Part shown: one piece after another, positions 49,792 through 60,291 of the stretch
How the letters are laid out: every line of letters begins with the position of its first letter
How positions within the stretch are numbered: the stretch's first letter is position 1
Origin: Microcoleus sp.
GTDB lineage: Bacteria > Cyanobacteriota > Cyanobacteriia > Cyanobacteriales > Microcoleaceae
DNA length: 64,000 nt
Assembly (NCBI GenBank): GCA_052279835.1
Contig: CP181291.1
Coordinates: forward strand, 2,016,001-2,080,000
Direction of reading: 5' to 3'
The notes under the pieces: generated by a model
The model's database searches: none
What the model was told of the DNA's origin: nothing
Seen by the model: only the letters and a program-made list of their open reading frames with translations
Translations under genes and position numbers: made by a program

Positions 49792-50344
49792 TGCCAAAGC
49801 TCGGCATTTGAATGCCCTGATTTTCATCAGACTCTACAGTTGGCAAATCCAAACCTTTAGCCTTGCGGCTGCGCACCGCCAGACGGTAAGTTACGCTCTG
49901 CAATTCTGTGTGCAGTTGGCGGTTTTCCTTTTGTAGTTGTTCCAATTTTTCCTTAATCGGCTCGATCCGCTCGGCAAACTTCTGGCGGTAAACTCCGGGT
50001 AATTCCTGAACTACCTGTTCCAGCATCCGAGAGCGATCGGTCAATTCTTGCACCGACTGCCGCAGTTGGTAAACTTCAGCATCCCGCTCGGCGATTTGTT
50101 CTTGATAAAAACCGACCTGTTCTTCAACAGCTTGCAGTTGTTCCCGCATCGCCTGCACTTGAGCGCTTTGGCGATCGGAAACCGACGGTGCCGGCACAAA
50201 ACTGGTATTTCCCTTCACCAGTCTGAACAGCTCTTGAGACAACTGCTGCACCAATTGGTCGCGCATTTGCAGTTCTTCGTTGAGACGAGACACTTCCGAT
50301 TGCAGTTCTTTGGTGCTTACAAGTTTACTGGGGTTCATCATCAC
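49784..50344 (-). CDS. Coiled-coil protein (Npun_F5560-like)
   Basis: RDQLVQQLSQELFRLVKGN, ELTDRSRMLEQVVQELP, LQSVTYRLA. Confidence 0.75.
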   Translation of the reverse strand: MMMNPSKLVSTKELQSEVSRLNEELQMRDQLVQQLSQELFRLVKGNTSFVPAPSVSDRQSAQVQAMREQLQAVEEQVGFYQEQIAERDAEVYQLRQSVQELTDRSRMLEQVVQELPGVYRQKFAERIEPIKEKLEQLQKENRQLHTELQSVTYRLAVRSRKAKGLDLPTVESDENQGIQMPSFGNV

Positions 50345-50542
50345 CAATCCTTTTGGGCTAACATTTGCCAATAAATCAAATAGTTTACAGAATTATCTAA
50401 CTCACTGAGACTGTGCAATGCAGCAGTCCCGCTGATTTTCTGTCACCACACTTGAGTTTTTTTTAACAAAGTATCTAATTTTATTGTATTTTCTGCTTCC
50501 AAGATCCGATCGGCCCATCAAAGCTCTACCAATCAAGCCGAT

Positions 50543-51136
50543 CTAATTAATTACAGCCGAAAGCACCAGCCCTGCTTCATCCAAGCAGCCCCCAAAACAA
50601 ATAATCCCGTCCTCATGGCCCGCCATCGCCAGAATTTTGCGATCGCCCAAATTCTCTTCCTCAAACAGCCTAAACATTTCCCATGCCATCCCAGGAGTCC
50701 CGTAAGGTATCTCTTTTCTAGTAGTCGGAATCTGGAACAGCAGTTGCTGCCACAGTTGAGGGTTATGAACGTGAATGATACCACCGACATCATCCCGATG
50801 AAGGTACAGCGCCGCGTGAGTCAGAGACTCGGAAGAAGCTGGTACCGGCCCGCGACAGCCCAGGAAATTTTTTTCCAAGTTAAATTCGGTGACAGTACAG
50901 TAGAATTCAGGCCCTAGAGTTGACAAATGTGCTGTCTGGGTACCTGAAATTATGAACTGGCAAGAATTACCGAGTCTGACGCTCACGTTACCAAAGCCAA
51001 TGCCATTGTCGTAGACCCCTATTAGTCCCCAAGAGTGGAGGCGATCGCGCCATGCCATCAAATCTACTATGGTCTCGACAGATACAGGTTCTGCAAAAGT
51101 CCAGTCACAGTGGTACTTAACGACTCCTTCATCCAT
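50543..51136 (-). CDS. Class II aldolase/adducin family protein
   Basis: GFGNVSVR, ASSESLTH..LY, IIHVH, MAGHEDG. Confidence 0.85.
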   Translation of the reverse strand: MDEGVVKYHCDWTFAEPVSVETIVDLMAWRDRLHSWGLIGVYDNGIGFGNVSVRLGNSCQFIISGTQTAHLSTLGPEFYCTVTEFNLEKNFLGCRGPVPASSESLTHAALYLHRDDVGGIIHVHNPQLWQQLLFQIPTTRKEIPYGTPGMAWEMFRLFEEENLGDRKILAMAGHEDGIICFGGCLDEAGLVLSAVIN

Positions 51137-51814
51137 AAATTTTTGCCAATCAAAACAGTGGATTCAAGGCTGCATTAGCCTACATTCCAGTATCGCCGTA
51201 ATTGGCTATTGACATTACCAAAAAATAAAATATTAAAGAACAACACAGTATTAAAAACATGATCTTTTCGCCTCAATATATGGTTACAAACTTTTCCTAG
51301 GGAAGGCGCTGTTGGATCGCGCGATGCTGATTCCAGGATGTTGCTAAATCCAGGTTTTGATGTCAAACCTGCTTAGTTCGCTGATTTATTTCTTTGTCAC
51401 GAATCAAGTGTTTATATCGATCTCGCAGACTTTATCAGCAATTTTATCCAAGGTAATATACTTAATTTTGGCTATTTTTATTAAAAACAACCGTATATTT
51501 ACGTATTTGTCTTCATTATACATATCTGGAGCCAAACCGTCAAAAAGTTAATATTTTTTAACAAATGAGGTGGCTGATGGGCTGATTTCTGTTTCCCAAG
51601 GAGCCAATCCCGATCGCAAATCCGGGGAAAGCTACCCACTTTATAGTCGATCGCTAATTTCTCCCTCTCCTGGCCCCTCTCCTCGCCCCAGATGAGTTTT
51701 TGACGCGGATTGGCACAGGTTCCCCTGGGGCGATATCCTATAAGCAAGCCGATCGAGCAATCCGAAAACTCGATCGGCTAAGGTATTCAACGTCGGGCGA
51801 TCGCCCGCCATCCT

Positions 51815-52810
51815 TTAAATGTGAAAGTGATAAAAGATACTACCGTCGTCTTTAATTTCGCAATGAGCATTAAAGACTTCGGCTTGTTCGTTCAAAAAAC
51901 GCTGGGCGACATCCGGCGACAGTCGCGTCTCCATCGCAAATCGCACCAGAGTGATTTCCCCATTACCTTCTTTGATCAGTCGGTACAAAGCACTTTGGAG
52001 GCGATCGCTTTCTTCTCGTTGAAAAGCTGCTTTATACCTCCAATCCGCCACCGTGGGAATCAAACCGCGACTGACTAAAATAGACAGCAGCAAGCCAAGT
52101 CCCAAAATCAAAGGCACTGTGGGATCGGAAGTTGGTGTCGCCACAATTTGTGGCGTTTGGGAAGGGGCCAAACTACTCACCATTTCTTTCTCCGACGCTT
52201 GCGTATCCGCCATTGCAAGCTGAGTTTTGTTGTAAAAGTCTTGCTGAACCTTGATTTGTTGCAAAAGGCGAGCTCGCTCTCTTTCATATTGGTCGAGCTT
52301 TTGCTGAGCTTGTTTCAGTTCTTGAGTGACTTGTGCCAAGCGTTGATTGAGGGATTGATTGACGGATTGCCACCGATATTGGTTAATCAGGCGGCTCTTT
52401 TCCACCATCCCCTTCATCAACATATCCGCTGTTTTGATGGCTTGCTGCTGATCGAGCGATCGATACCCAACAGCAATCTCTAGCGGTTGTTCCGGCTTAG
52501 AAATCTTGACGCTAGCATTTTCTCTCACCTGCTGAGGCGACAACTTCACGGCATCTGCCACTGCTTTGACAACATTATCTGCCAGCAGAACATCCGGTGT
52601 CAGTTGTTCCCCTTGCTTGAGAATAGTCGTACCGGTGCTGGAAAATTTGACTGGCGGACTATTAGAAGTCAGAGTGCCTTGAGCCATGAATCCGGGAGGC
52701 GGGGCTAGACGGTAGGCAAGGGCCCCTGAAATGCCCATAATTACAGCAAAACTGCCTAAAGCAATCCATCTGTATCGATTAGCTGGTGATTTAAAACGTA
52801 AATTTGCCAT
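51815..52810 (-). CDS. Two-TM Wzz/GumC-like coiled-coil protein with atypical C-terminal domain
   Basis: TM - periplasmic coiled coil - TM architecture; start uncertain (TTG 52822 or ATG 52810). Confidence 0.6.
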   Translation of the reverse strand: MANLRFKSPANRYRWIALGSFAVIMGISGALAYRLAPPPGFMAQGTLTSNSPPVKFSSTGTTILKQGEQLTPDVLLADNVVKAVADAVKLSPQQVRENASVKISKPEQPLEIAVGYRSLDQQQAIKTADMLMKGMVEKSRLINQYRWQSVNQSLNQRLAQVTQELKQAQQKLDQYERERARLLQQIKVQQDFYNKTQLAMADTQASEKEMVSSLAPSQTPQIVATPTSDPTVPLILGLGLLLSILVSRGLIPTVADWRYKAAFQREESDRLQSALYRLIKEGNGEITLVRFAMETRLSPDVAQRFLNEQAEVFNAHCEIKDDGSIFYHFHI

Positions 52811-53405
52811 TTTGATAGTCAAGTCATAACATTCGCTTGCCGCAGCTACTGCTAAACCAAAGAGCGATCGTCTCTTTCTTGTGAGTTAAATTGACTGCTG
52901 AAAAAGCTCTCAGCTTGTAGCGAAAAGCTCTGAGCTTTTCAGATTTGTCAATATCCAGGAGCAGAAACAGCCGATCGCGCTTTTATTTTATCAGAGCCAT
53001 AACCTCAGCTTTTGTCCTTAAGAATAAATCTGTTACCAGGATTTGGGAAGTCTATGGACTGCCAACTGGCACTTTTGACCCGATCGCCTCGCCGTGTTTG
53101 TTGACATTTAAAACTGTCACCTTTTCACCGCGAAGACTTAGGCTGGTCAGAATGGCTTGTTTGATTACTCTTACAAGCCCCGTCTCTTAAGAGCGGGGTT
53201 CCTGACCCAATTATCTGACATCTTGGCTGGAAGCGGACGCAGTTCCACCAGGAAAAAAATCTTAAATACTCTGTCCAAAAAGTTATAGAACAAAGATTAT
53301 ACCACTTACCTATGAGTTTGCTAGAAATTTAAAAAATTGTGGAGCCGATCGATCTGACCAACTCCACATCATCATTTTGATTAGCAATGGACACAGGAGC
53401 AAGAT

Positions 53406-54320
53406 TCAGATGCCGATGGGTAAAATCAAGCCTTCCCGCGCCATTACCGCCTTGGGGAAAGCCACTTGCACTTCCAGAGCAATGCGATCGAGAAAATCGT
53501 CAGTATGAGCCGGATCATGGTGGAAAATCACCACACGCTTCACCCTAGCCTCCTTACCCATTCTCACCGCTTCCTGCCAAGTCGAGTGTCCCCAGCCTAT
53601 CTTAGGAGACTTGGGGTTGTGATATTCCTCGTCCGTGTACATCGCGTCATAAATCAGCACATCAGCATCAAGGGCGAGATTATAGATATTTTCATCCAGT
53701 CGATCGGGAAAATGCTCCGTATCCGAACAATAAACCACGGATCTCCCATGCCAAGTCACCCGATATCCCATAGCAGTATTGGGGTGATTCAGAGAACCAG
53801 TCCGAATCTCAATATCATCCAGCATCATAGTCTGGTTGTGAAACAGTTCGTTGAAATTCAAATCTGCCTGCAAGCCCATCAGTGGCACCGGGGAATTCGA
53901 GTGTAGCACCCGTTCCACAAAGTGCCTCTTCAGGCAATCTCCATCCGGTGGAGTCGCCCCGTAAATATCAAATCTATTCCCACGGATAAAAGCGGGAGCA
54001 AACAGAGGAAACCCTTGGATGTGATCCCAATGATAGTGAGTAAAAAACATATAAGCTTGCACCGGCATTTCTTGCAGCAACTGGTCTCCCAGCATCCGCA
54101 AACCAGTACCGCCGTCAAAAATCAGGCGTTTTCCACCCACACGCATTTCCAAACAAGAAGTATTACCGCCATAGCGAACAGTTTCTACTCCCGGTGTCGG
54201 AACACTGCCCCGCACACCCCAGAACTGCACTACAAAATCATCTATACCTTCCATTGCTTCAGACTGTTGAGGGCAATCATCAAAGGGAGTTGCCGCTACA
54301 GAGGACAAGCTGATTTCCAT
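53406..54320 (-). CDS. MBL-fold metallo-hydrolase
   Basis: FWGVRGSVP, YGGNTSC, THYHWDHIQG, GWGHS, FHHDP. Confidence 0.9.
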   Translation of the reverse strand: MEISLSSVAATPFDDCPQQSEAMEGIDDFVVQFWGVRGSVPTPGVETVRYGGNTSCLEMRVGGKRLIFDGGTGLRMLGDQLLQEMPVQAYMFFTHYHWDHIQGFPLFAPAFIRGNRFDIYGATPPDGDCLKRHFVERVLHSNSPVPLMGLQADLNFNELFHNQTMMLDDIEIRTGSLNHPNTAMGYRVTWHGRSVVYCSDTEHFPDRLDENIYNLALDADVLIYDAMYTDEEYHNPKSPKIGWGHSTWQEAVRMGKEARVKRVVIFHHDPAHTDDFLDRIALEVQVAFPKAVMAREGLILPIGI

Positions 54321-54321
54321 T

Positions 54322-55422
54322 TTAAAATTCAGACTTTAAGGTTTCACATTGTCCGTAATGGCGGAGGAGATGGTCGCACAACACTAAAGCTACCATCGCT
54401 TCCACCATTGGCACTGCTCTTGGCAAAACGCAAGGGTCGTGCCGTCCTTTTGCAGCCAGCAGCGTTTCTTCTCCCTCGCGGGTGACTGTACGTTGCTGCT
54501 GACGAATGGTCGCAGTGGGCTTGAAGGCTGCCCGCAGAATTATATTTTCGCCGTTAGCAATGCCACCCTGAATTCCACCAGAACGGTTTGTTACTGTACG
54601 AATCACACCCTGTTCATCAGTATAGTATTCATCATTGTGTTGGCTGCCTGTCAGGAGAGTTCCTGCGAAGCCCGATCCAATTTCAAACCCTTTGCTAGCT
54701 GGCAACGACATGATAGCTTTGGCCAAGTCAGCTTCTAGTTTGTCGAATACTGGCATTCCCAGACCTTTGGGTACGTTGCGGGCGACACATTCAACCACAC
54801 CCCCGATGGAATCACCGCTATCCCGAACTTTTTCAATAAGTTCAATCATTCTTTCGGCACATTCAGCATCTGGACAGCGAACTATGTTGCTTTCTACTTG
54901 TTCTAAGGTGACAGTATCGGGGTCTGTAACACATTCTAAGTCTTTGATGCGTTTGACATAGCCGACTATTTCGACTCCGGCTACTTGTTTGAGAATTTTT
55001 TTGGCGATCGCCCCTGCTGCTACTCTACCAATAGTTTCCCTTGCCGAACTGCGACCACCGCCTTGCCAGTTACGAATTCCGTATTTAGCATCGTAGGTGG
55101 CATCAGCGTGGGAAGGGCGATAGGTAGTCGCCATTTCGCCATAGTCTTGGGGACGAGTGTCTTGATTGCGGACTAGAATGGCGATCGGCGTTCCCAGAGT
55201 TTTCCCTTCAAACACCCCGGACAGAATCTCGCAACTATCAGCCTCTTTACGGGGAGTCGTAATTTTGCTTTGGCCTGGGCGACGGCGATCGAGTTCTGCT
55301 TGAATTTCCGATGCGTCAATGGACAGCAGTGGCGGGCAACCGTCAATTACCACTCCCACCCCACCGCCATGAGATTCGCCAAAGGTCGAAATCCGAAACA
55401 AATGCCCAAATGTGTTGCCCAT
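54322..55422 (-). CDS. aroC: Chorismate synthase
   Basis: [35 protein letters not shown]. Confidence 0.97.
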   Translation of the reverse strand: MGNTFGHLFRISTFGESHGGGVGVVIDGCPPLLSIDASEIQAELDRRRPGQSKITTPRKEADSCEILSGVFEGKTLGTPIAILVRNQDTRPQDYGEMATTYRPSHADATYDAKYGIRNWQGGGRSSARETIGRVAAGAIAKKILKQVAGVEIVGYVKRIKDLECVTDPDTVTLEQVESNIVRCPDAECAERMIELIEKVRDSGDSIGGVVECVARNVPKGLGMPVFDKLEADLAKAIMSLPASKGFEIGSGFAGTLLTGSQHNDEYYTDEQGVIRTVTNRSGGIQGGIANGENIILRAAFKPTATIRQQQRTVTREGEETLLAAKGRHDPCVLPRAVPMVEAMVALVLCDHLLRHYGQCETLKSEF

Positions 55423-55622
55423 GATGCTTTAGCTTGAAACCTAATAATTTTTAGCTTAAATCGAATAGAGATTTACTGTATTTCTGAAAAATATACCATT
55501 GACGAGTATGCCACAGGCGATCGCCCCACAGAATCACTCCCTTCCCGGTAGAAGAATATCTACCAGGGAGAGGGGGATGGGGCATAAAAGCATTAATCTG
55601 ACTGATGACTACTGACTAATGA

Positions 55623-55754
55623 CTAATCTTCGTGTTCTTCAAAAGGATCTCTCAATTCCTTAGCGGGAGGGCCAAAGGCGGTGTATATCGAAAAGCCGGT
55701 GATTGCCACCAGACACACGCCCAGGGAAATGCCTAGAACTGCTGCGGGTTCCAT
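55623..55754 (-). CDS. psbN: PsbN (43 aa; absent from the ORF track)
   Basis: [43 protein letters not shown]; divergent from psbH. Confidence 0.95.
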   Translation of the reverse strand: MEPAAVLGISLGVCLVAITGFSIYTAFGPPAKELRDPFEEHED

Positions 55755-56084
55755 AGTTTTGATCGATTATGAGTGCTCCTCCTCATAATATTACAAAAAA
55801 TAACATTTTGTGTAATATTATATTGATTTGAGACGCCATAGGATATGGAGGCGACACAGGGGTAAAACCAAGGTGACGAGAAGGAGTGTCTGCAAGCTCA
55901 ATTGTATTTTTTACTTAGGTTGTTGCCAAAACCTGAAATCCTTTCTACCAGCGCATTTTTCTCATCTTTTGCCACAGACTCACTGTCCGCAAGTTCCGAT
56001 CGCCCACTAGATCCCGAAATTGCGATCGTCATTAGCGGTGGAAATATGTCAAACTTTTCTGTAGAGATTCATTGCAGGTGACTT

Positions 56085-56288
56085 ATGGCACAACGGACTT
56101 GGTTAGGAGATATACTCAAACCCCTTAACTCTGAATACGGCAAGGTAGCCCCCGGTTGGGGAACTACTTTATTGATGAGTACGTTTATTGGACTGTTTTT
56201 TGTGTTCTTGTTGATTATTTTGCAAATCTACAACTCTTCCCTAATTCTAGAGAATGTAGATGTAGATTGGTCGAGTCTTGGCAGCTAA
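56085..56288 (+). CDS. psbH: Photosystem II protein PsbH
   Basis: [24 protein letters not shown]. Confidence 0.97.
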   Translation: MAQRTWLGDILKPLNSEYGKVAPGWGTTLLMSTFIGLFFVFLLIILQIYNSSLILENVDVDWSSLGS

Positions 56289-56446
56289 AAATTGAGCCCG
56301 CAAAAGTCAGGCTACAAGTGAAAGCTGAGGGTAGAGGAGAAAGGATAAAAACTAATTTTTCCCATTTTTACTTTTTTCCTTGCCCTTTTCGATTACTTTA
56401 TCCCTAAATAAATGATAACTAATTAAATCGATCGCAGGAGCAACAA

Positions 56447-56707
56447 ATGAATATTTTTGGCATTGGTTTGCCGGAAATGGCAGTAATTTTTACGATCGCC
56501 CTATTGGTATTTGGTCCGAAAAAATTGCCAGAAATTGGTCGCAGTATGGGCAAGGCACTTCGCGGATTTCAGGATGCCTCGCGGGATTTTGAGTCCGAGT
56601 TCAACCGGGAAGCCAAACAATTAGAAGAAGCCGTCGCCAGTAGCAGCAAACCAGAAACAGAAAAACTCGCAGCAGCTAATCCCAAGGAAGATAGCACAAA
56701 CAGTTAG
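56447..56707 (+). CDS. tatA: Twin-arginine translocase TatA/E
   Basis: FGIGLPEM...VFGPKKLPEIGRSMGKALRGF. Confidence 0.95.
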   Translation: MNIFGIGLPEMAVIFTIALLVFGPKKLPEIGRSMGKALRGFQDASRDFESEFNREAKQLEEAVASSSKPETEKLAAANPKEDSTNS

Positions 56708-57370
56708 ATGAATAAGACTCAGAAGTCAGAAACACCAGCCGAGTTAGTGATTCCGCAGTTAATAGTTGGCCTAGGAAATCCCGAACCAAAATACGATCGC
56801 ACCCGACACAACATTGGTTTTAATGCTGTCGATGCCTTGGCACAATCTTGGCAAATTTCTTTGTCGGAAAATCGCAAATTTCAAGGCATCTTTGGCGAAG
56901 GAAATCGGCCGCGGGGACACAAAATTCGCTTGCTGAAACCGCTGACCTATATGAATCTTTCCGGTCAATCAATTCGTGCGGTGGCGGATTGGTACAAAAT
57001 ACCTCCAGAATCGGTGTTAGTAGTATACGACGATATGGATTTGCCGATCGGGAAAATCAGAATGCGACTTTCCGGTTCCGCAGGCGGGCATAATGGCATG
57101 AAATCAGCGATCGCTCATTTGGGTACAGACAAATTTCCCCGCTTACGCATCGGCATTGGTAAACCTCAAAACGAAGTTTCTCAGAAGGAGAAAGATACCA
57201 TTTCCTTCGTTTTAGGAAAATTTTCCTCAGAGGAAACCCAGTTATTAGAAAATGTGCTTAAACTGGTTAGAGAAGCTGTGGAACTTAGCCTCCATCAGGG
57301 AGTGGAAAAGTCCATGAGCCTTTACAACAGTCGCACGATCGCAGCAATAAATGCGGACACAAAAAGGTGA
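56708..57370 (+). CDS. pth: Peptidyl-tRNA hydrolase
   Basis: VGLGNP, TRHNIGF, KPLTYMNLSG, GGHNGMKS, RLRIGIG. Confidence 0.96.
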   Translation: MNKTQKSETPAELVIPQLIVGLGNPEPKYDRTRHNIGFNAVDALAQSWQISLSENRKFQGIFGEGNRPRGHKIRLLKPLTYMNLSGQSIRAVADWYKIPPESVLVVYDDMDLPIGKIRMRLSGSAGGHNGMKSAIAHLGTDKFPRLRIGIGKPQNEVSQKEKDTISFVLGKFSSEETQLLENVLKLVREAVELSLHQGVEKSMSLYNSRTIAAINADTKR

Positions 57371-57633
57371 GTTCGAGACGTTTACCTGAAACTACTGCAT
57401 ATGTCCGGGTTACTGGTCAATCTTGGCAAAAAGGCACGATTGAAGGTGAAGTAAGTGCCGGCAGTTTCGAGTGGCAGTTTCAGTGGCGTTTCAGGGAAGA
57501 AAAAACACTGATACTTGAGCCTTCTCAAGGTAGGGCTTTGATTCAAGAACCCCTACATCGTTTTCTAGAAAAGTGGGATTATCAATTAGAACCTGGTGGG
57601 GATTATTCGTTCACGGTTCGTGCTGAGTTTTAA
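57367..57633 (+). CDS. DUF3146 family protein
   Basis: LPETTAYVRV, PSQGRALI.EPL.RFLE..DYQLEPGGDY.F. Confidence 0.85.
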   Translation: MSSRRLPETTAYVRVTGQSWQKGTIEGEVSAGSFEWQFQWRFREEKTLILEPSQGRALIQEPLHRFLEKWDYQLEPGGDYSFTVRAEF

Positions 57634-57644
57634 GATTTTTGCGA

Positions 57645-58045
57645 TCGTCATTGCGAGGCACGAAGCAATCGCAAGAGTTATGATAGTTGTAGGGTGTGTC
57701 GCCCTCGAAAATCCCCGACTTGCATATCGACAATCTCATAGCAACGCACCTTAGATAATTTATGAAAACTATTGCTACGAAAAAATGTTAGGTTTGTTTG
57801 ATTAATTATTTTGTCAGGTGCGTCGCGAGGAAATTGTTGGTTTTTCTTGAGGAATTTTCGATAGCGACACACCCTACGGCTACTAAGAAACCGGGTTTTT
57901 CCGAAATTTATGGTTTTCAACAACTATTGTCGTAAAAAACCCGGTTTCTGGCCCCCGTGCATAATAAACGCCTAAAAGTGTCATTGCGAGCTCAAGCGCG
58001 AAGCAATCGCAGAGACTGGGATTACTTCGTACCTCGCAATGACAG
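57645..58045. repeat. Cluster of several REP-like palindrome families
   Basis: GTCATTGCGAG...CTCGCAATGAC, GTAGGGTGTGTCGC...GCGACACACCCTAC, AGAAACCGGGTTTTT...AAAAACCCGGTTTCT. Confidence 0.8.
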
Positions 58046-58094
58046 ACGCAGATGAACGCGGATTAACGCAGATGGCAGATGAAATGCGGAATAG

Positions 58095-58406
58095 TCAATT
58101 TGTTTGTGGTGATTCCAGCAATTCTTGAATTAAAGCAGGCGCAGTTGCTTCTCGGTAAGCGCCACAATAATACATCGTCAAAACTGCTTTGTAAGCCCAG
58201 TGATTTGATGGCACATCGGTAAAAGGATTTGGCAGAGTTTCCGCGCGATTCTGTACGCAAGCATTGAGGATTTGTTCGCGGGTTGGCTGGACTTGAACTA
58301 AAGAGTTATTTTGCTTTGTTTGTGCAGGATTTTGTGCTTGTGCGGGAGATAAACAACAGGCACTAACTAACAGTATAAATGCGGCAACGATTCTGATTTT
58401 AAGCAT
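58095..58406 (-). CDS. Small secreted protein with single SLH motif
   Basis: Signal peptide ending AQA; PFTDVPSNHWAYKAV. Confidence 0.75.
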   Translation of the reverse strand: MLKIRIVAAFILLVSACCLSPAQAQNPAQTKQNNSLVQVQPTREQILNACVQNRAETLPNPFTDVPSNHWAYKAVLTMYYCGAYREATAPALIQELLESPQTN

Positions 58407-58462
58407 CTCATTACTTTTTGTGCGACAATATATCCTAACTTCCACTGCATTCCCTGAAAACT

Positions 58463-59228
58463 ATGCCGAGTTCTATTCTCCGCAATCGTTATCAAATTAT
58501 CAAAGACTTGGGGAAAGGCGGTTTTGGCGACACTTACCTAGCCAAAGATTTAGAGTCACCCCGACAGCTCCACTGCGTCGTCAAACATCTTAAACCGAAA
58601 GACCCCAATCCCGCCATTTTACCAATTGCTAAACGCTTATTTGACACAGAAGCTCAAACCCTGGATAAATTGGGTAAGCTACATGACCAAATTCCCACGC
58701 TTTTCGATCACTTTGAGGAAAAGGGAGAATTTTATTTGGTGCAAGATTTTATCGAAGGACATGACCTTACCAAAGAACTGATTCTAGGCAAAAAATTAAG
58801 CGAATCCTATACTATTAAATTATTGCATGATATCTTAGAAATTTTAGCCATTGTTCATCGGCAAAAGGTGATTCATCGTGACCTAAAACCTGCTAACTTA
58901 ATGCGTCGCCAAGATGGTAAAATTATCTTGATTGACTTTGGGGCTGTCAAGGAAATTAGGACAATAGTTGTGAATGCTCAAGGGCAAACGAAGTTAACTA
59001 TTGGAATTGGTACTCCTGGTTATATGCCGAGCGAACAAGCGAAGGGCAAATGGTAGTGCTTGGGAAAGTGATGGAGATAGTAAAGAACGACTGATGCGCG
59101 GTGGTTCGTGGTACGTCAATTCGCGGGATTGTCGTTCGGCTAGTCGCGACGACTTCGCTCTGCCGGACAGGGACGACACCTACGTCGGCGGTTTTCGAGT
59201 TGTGTGTGTGGCTGCGTGGACTTCTTAG
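58463..59228 (+). pseudogene. Ser/Thr kinase - FGE-sulfatase (CLec) fusion, internally deleted and frameshifted; 3' end looks like a DGR variable region
   Basis: Kinase [33 protein letters not shown] stops after subdomain VIII; another frame continues NGSAW...LMRGGSW...CRSASR...GFRVVC. Confidence 0.85.
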
Positions 59229-59230
59229 CC

Positions 59231-59300
59231 CTTTGCTCTTTTGCTCTTTTGCTCTTTTGCTCTTTACTCTTCTTTCTTTTTCCCTCTCGCGCGTAGCGCT
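59231..59300 (+). repeat. Pyrimidine-rich (TTTTGCTC)n tract and short GC hairpin after the CLec tail
   Basis: TTTGCTCTTTTGCTCTTTTGCTCTTTTGCTC then CGCGCGTAGCGC. Confidence 0.7.
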
Positions 59301-59390
59301 AAAAATATTTTTTTTCAGATTCACCGCACAACAGATTATAATTAGAAATATTGATTTTTCTCACGAATAGTCGCATAGGAGATTTACAAA

Positions 59391-59855
59391 ATGAATAACC
59401 TATTAGAAGAAACTTTTGCCACCGTCTCTCAACTACCCGAAGCAGAACAAAATGCCATAGCATCCTTAATTTTAGACAAGATATCAGCACCAAGAGTCGC
59501 GCCTTTCCTCATTTCCCAATCAGACATCGAAACTCTCGAAAATTTCTACATTTTCCGAGACAAGACAGAAGTCATTGACTTTATTAACAAATATCCGTTT
59601 TTACTTCCCGTTGTGCTAGAAGCACCGGTTCAGATTAGCCATTATTTTCCCGAACAAAAACTGTTACTTCAAGTCATCAATGACCCCGAAATCCCTAACT
59701 ATATTCATCTGGTTCTCTCAATCATCTTAACAGACCTCGCTCCCGATGAAGCAATGGATAGAGAAGATGAATTGCGTAAAAATTGGTCTAGGGGATTATC
59801 CCATGAAATTCGGGAGCGTTTTTATACGATTTTGGAATATACTGATGAGTTTTGA
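59391..59855 (+). CDS. Hypothetical protein, partner of the HEPN gene
   Basis: AGGAG RBS; overlaps downstream ATG; N-terminal LLEETFATVSQLPEAEQNAIA antitoxin-like helix. Confidence 0.7.
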   Translation: MNNLLEETFATVSQLPEAEQNAIASLILDKISAPRVAPFLISQSDIETLENFYIFRDKTEVIDFINKYPFLLPVVLEAPVQISHYFPEQKLLLQVINDPEIPNYIHLVLSIILTDLAPDEAMDREDELRKNWSRGLSHEIRERFYTILEYTDEF

Positions 59856-60222
59856 TTGGTCGCAATACCTAAATTTAGCAAAAGAACTTGCTGGTCAAGC
59901 AACTATTCCTGCTGAACAGGAGGCGCGATTGAGGGATGCTATTAGTCGTTCCTATTATGCTGCTTTTATCTTAGCGCGGAACTATTTGCGAGATAAAAAA
60001 GGTCATTCCCTGCCAAAAACTAGCGATATTCACCGCTATGTTTGGCAAGAATTTGATATTAATCCTGACTCAAGATATCAATTAATCGCCGATAATTTAG
60101 CAGTGTTGCGCCGATATCGAAATCAAGCAGATTATGACGATGATTTTCCCTTATTATCTGCGATTGCTACTATTGCTATCAAGCGTTCTCAAGAAATAAT
60201 TTATAACCTAAATAATCTCTAA
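59845..60222 (+). CDS. HEPN-domain protein
   Basis: FDWSQYLNLAKEL, AISRSYYAAF, LRRYRNQADYD. Confidence 0.8.
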   Translation: MSFDWSQYLNLAKELAGQATIPAEQEARLRDAISRSYYAAFILARNYLRDKKGHSLPKTSDIHRYVWQEFDINPDSRYQLIADNLAVLRRYRNQADYDDDFPLLSAIATIAIKRSQEIIYNLNNL

Positions 60223-60291
60223 ATATCAATATAGCCCACAAACTCTTTAGCCAATCTGCGATCGATACACTCATCCAATATCAACTTCATT

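Noticed and set aside
51140..53400. Structured ncRNA or tRNA in the long intergenic stretches (also 44120-44900)
   Set aside because: Only short hairpins and HIP1 sites; no recognisable tRNA, riboswitch or known sRNA motif by eye
53922..54485. 187-aa plus-strand ORF and similar antisense ORFs throughout
   Set aside because: Opposite well-supported genes (MBL hydrolase, aroC); no motifs
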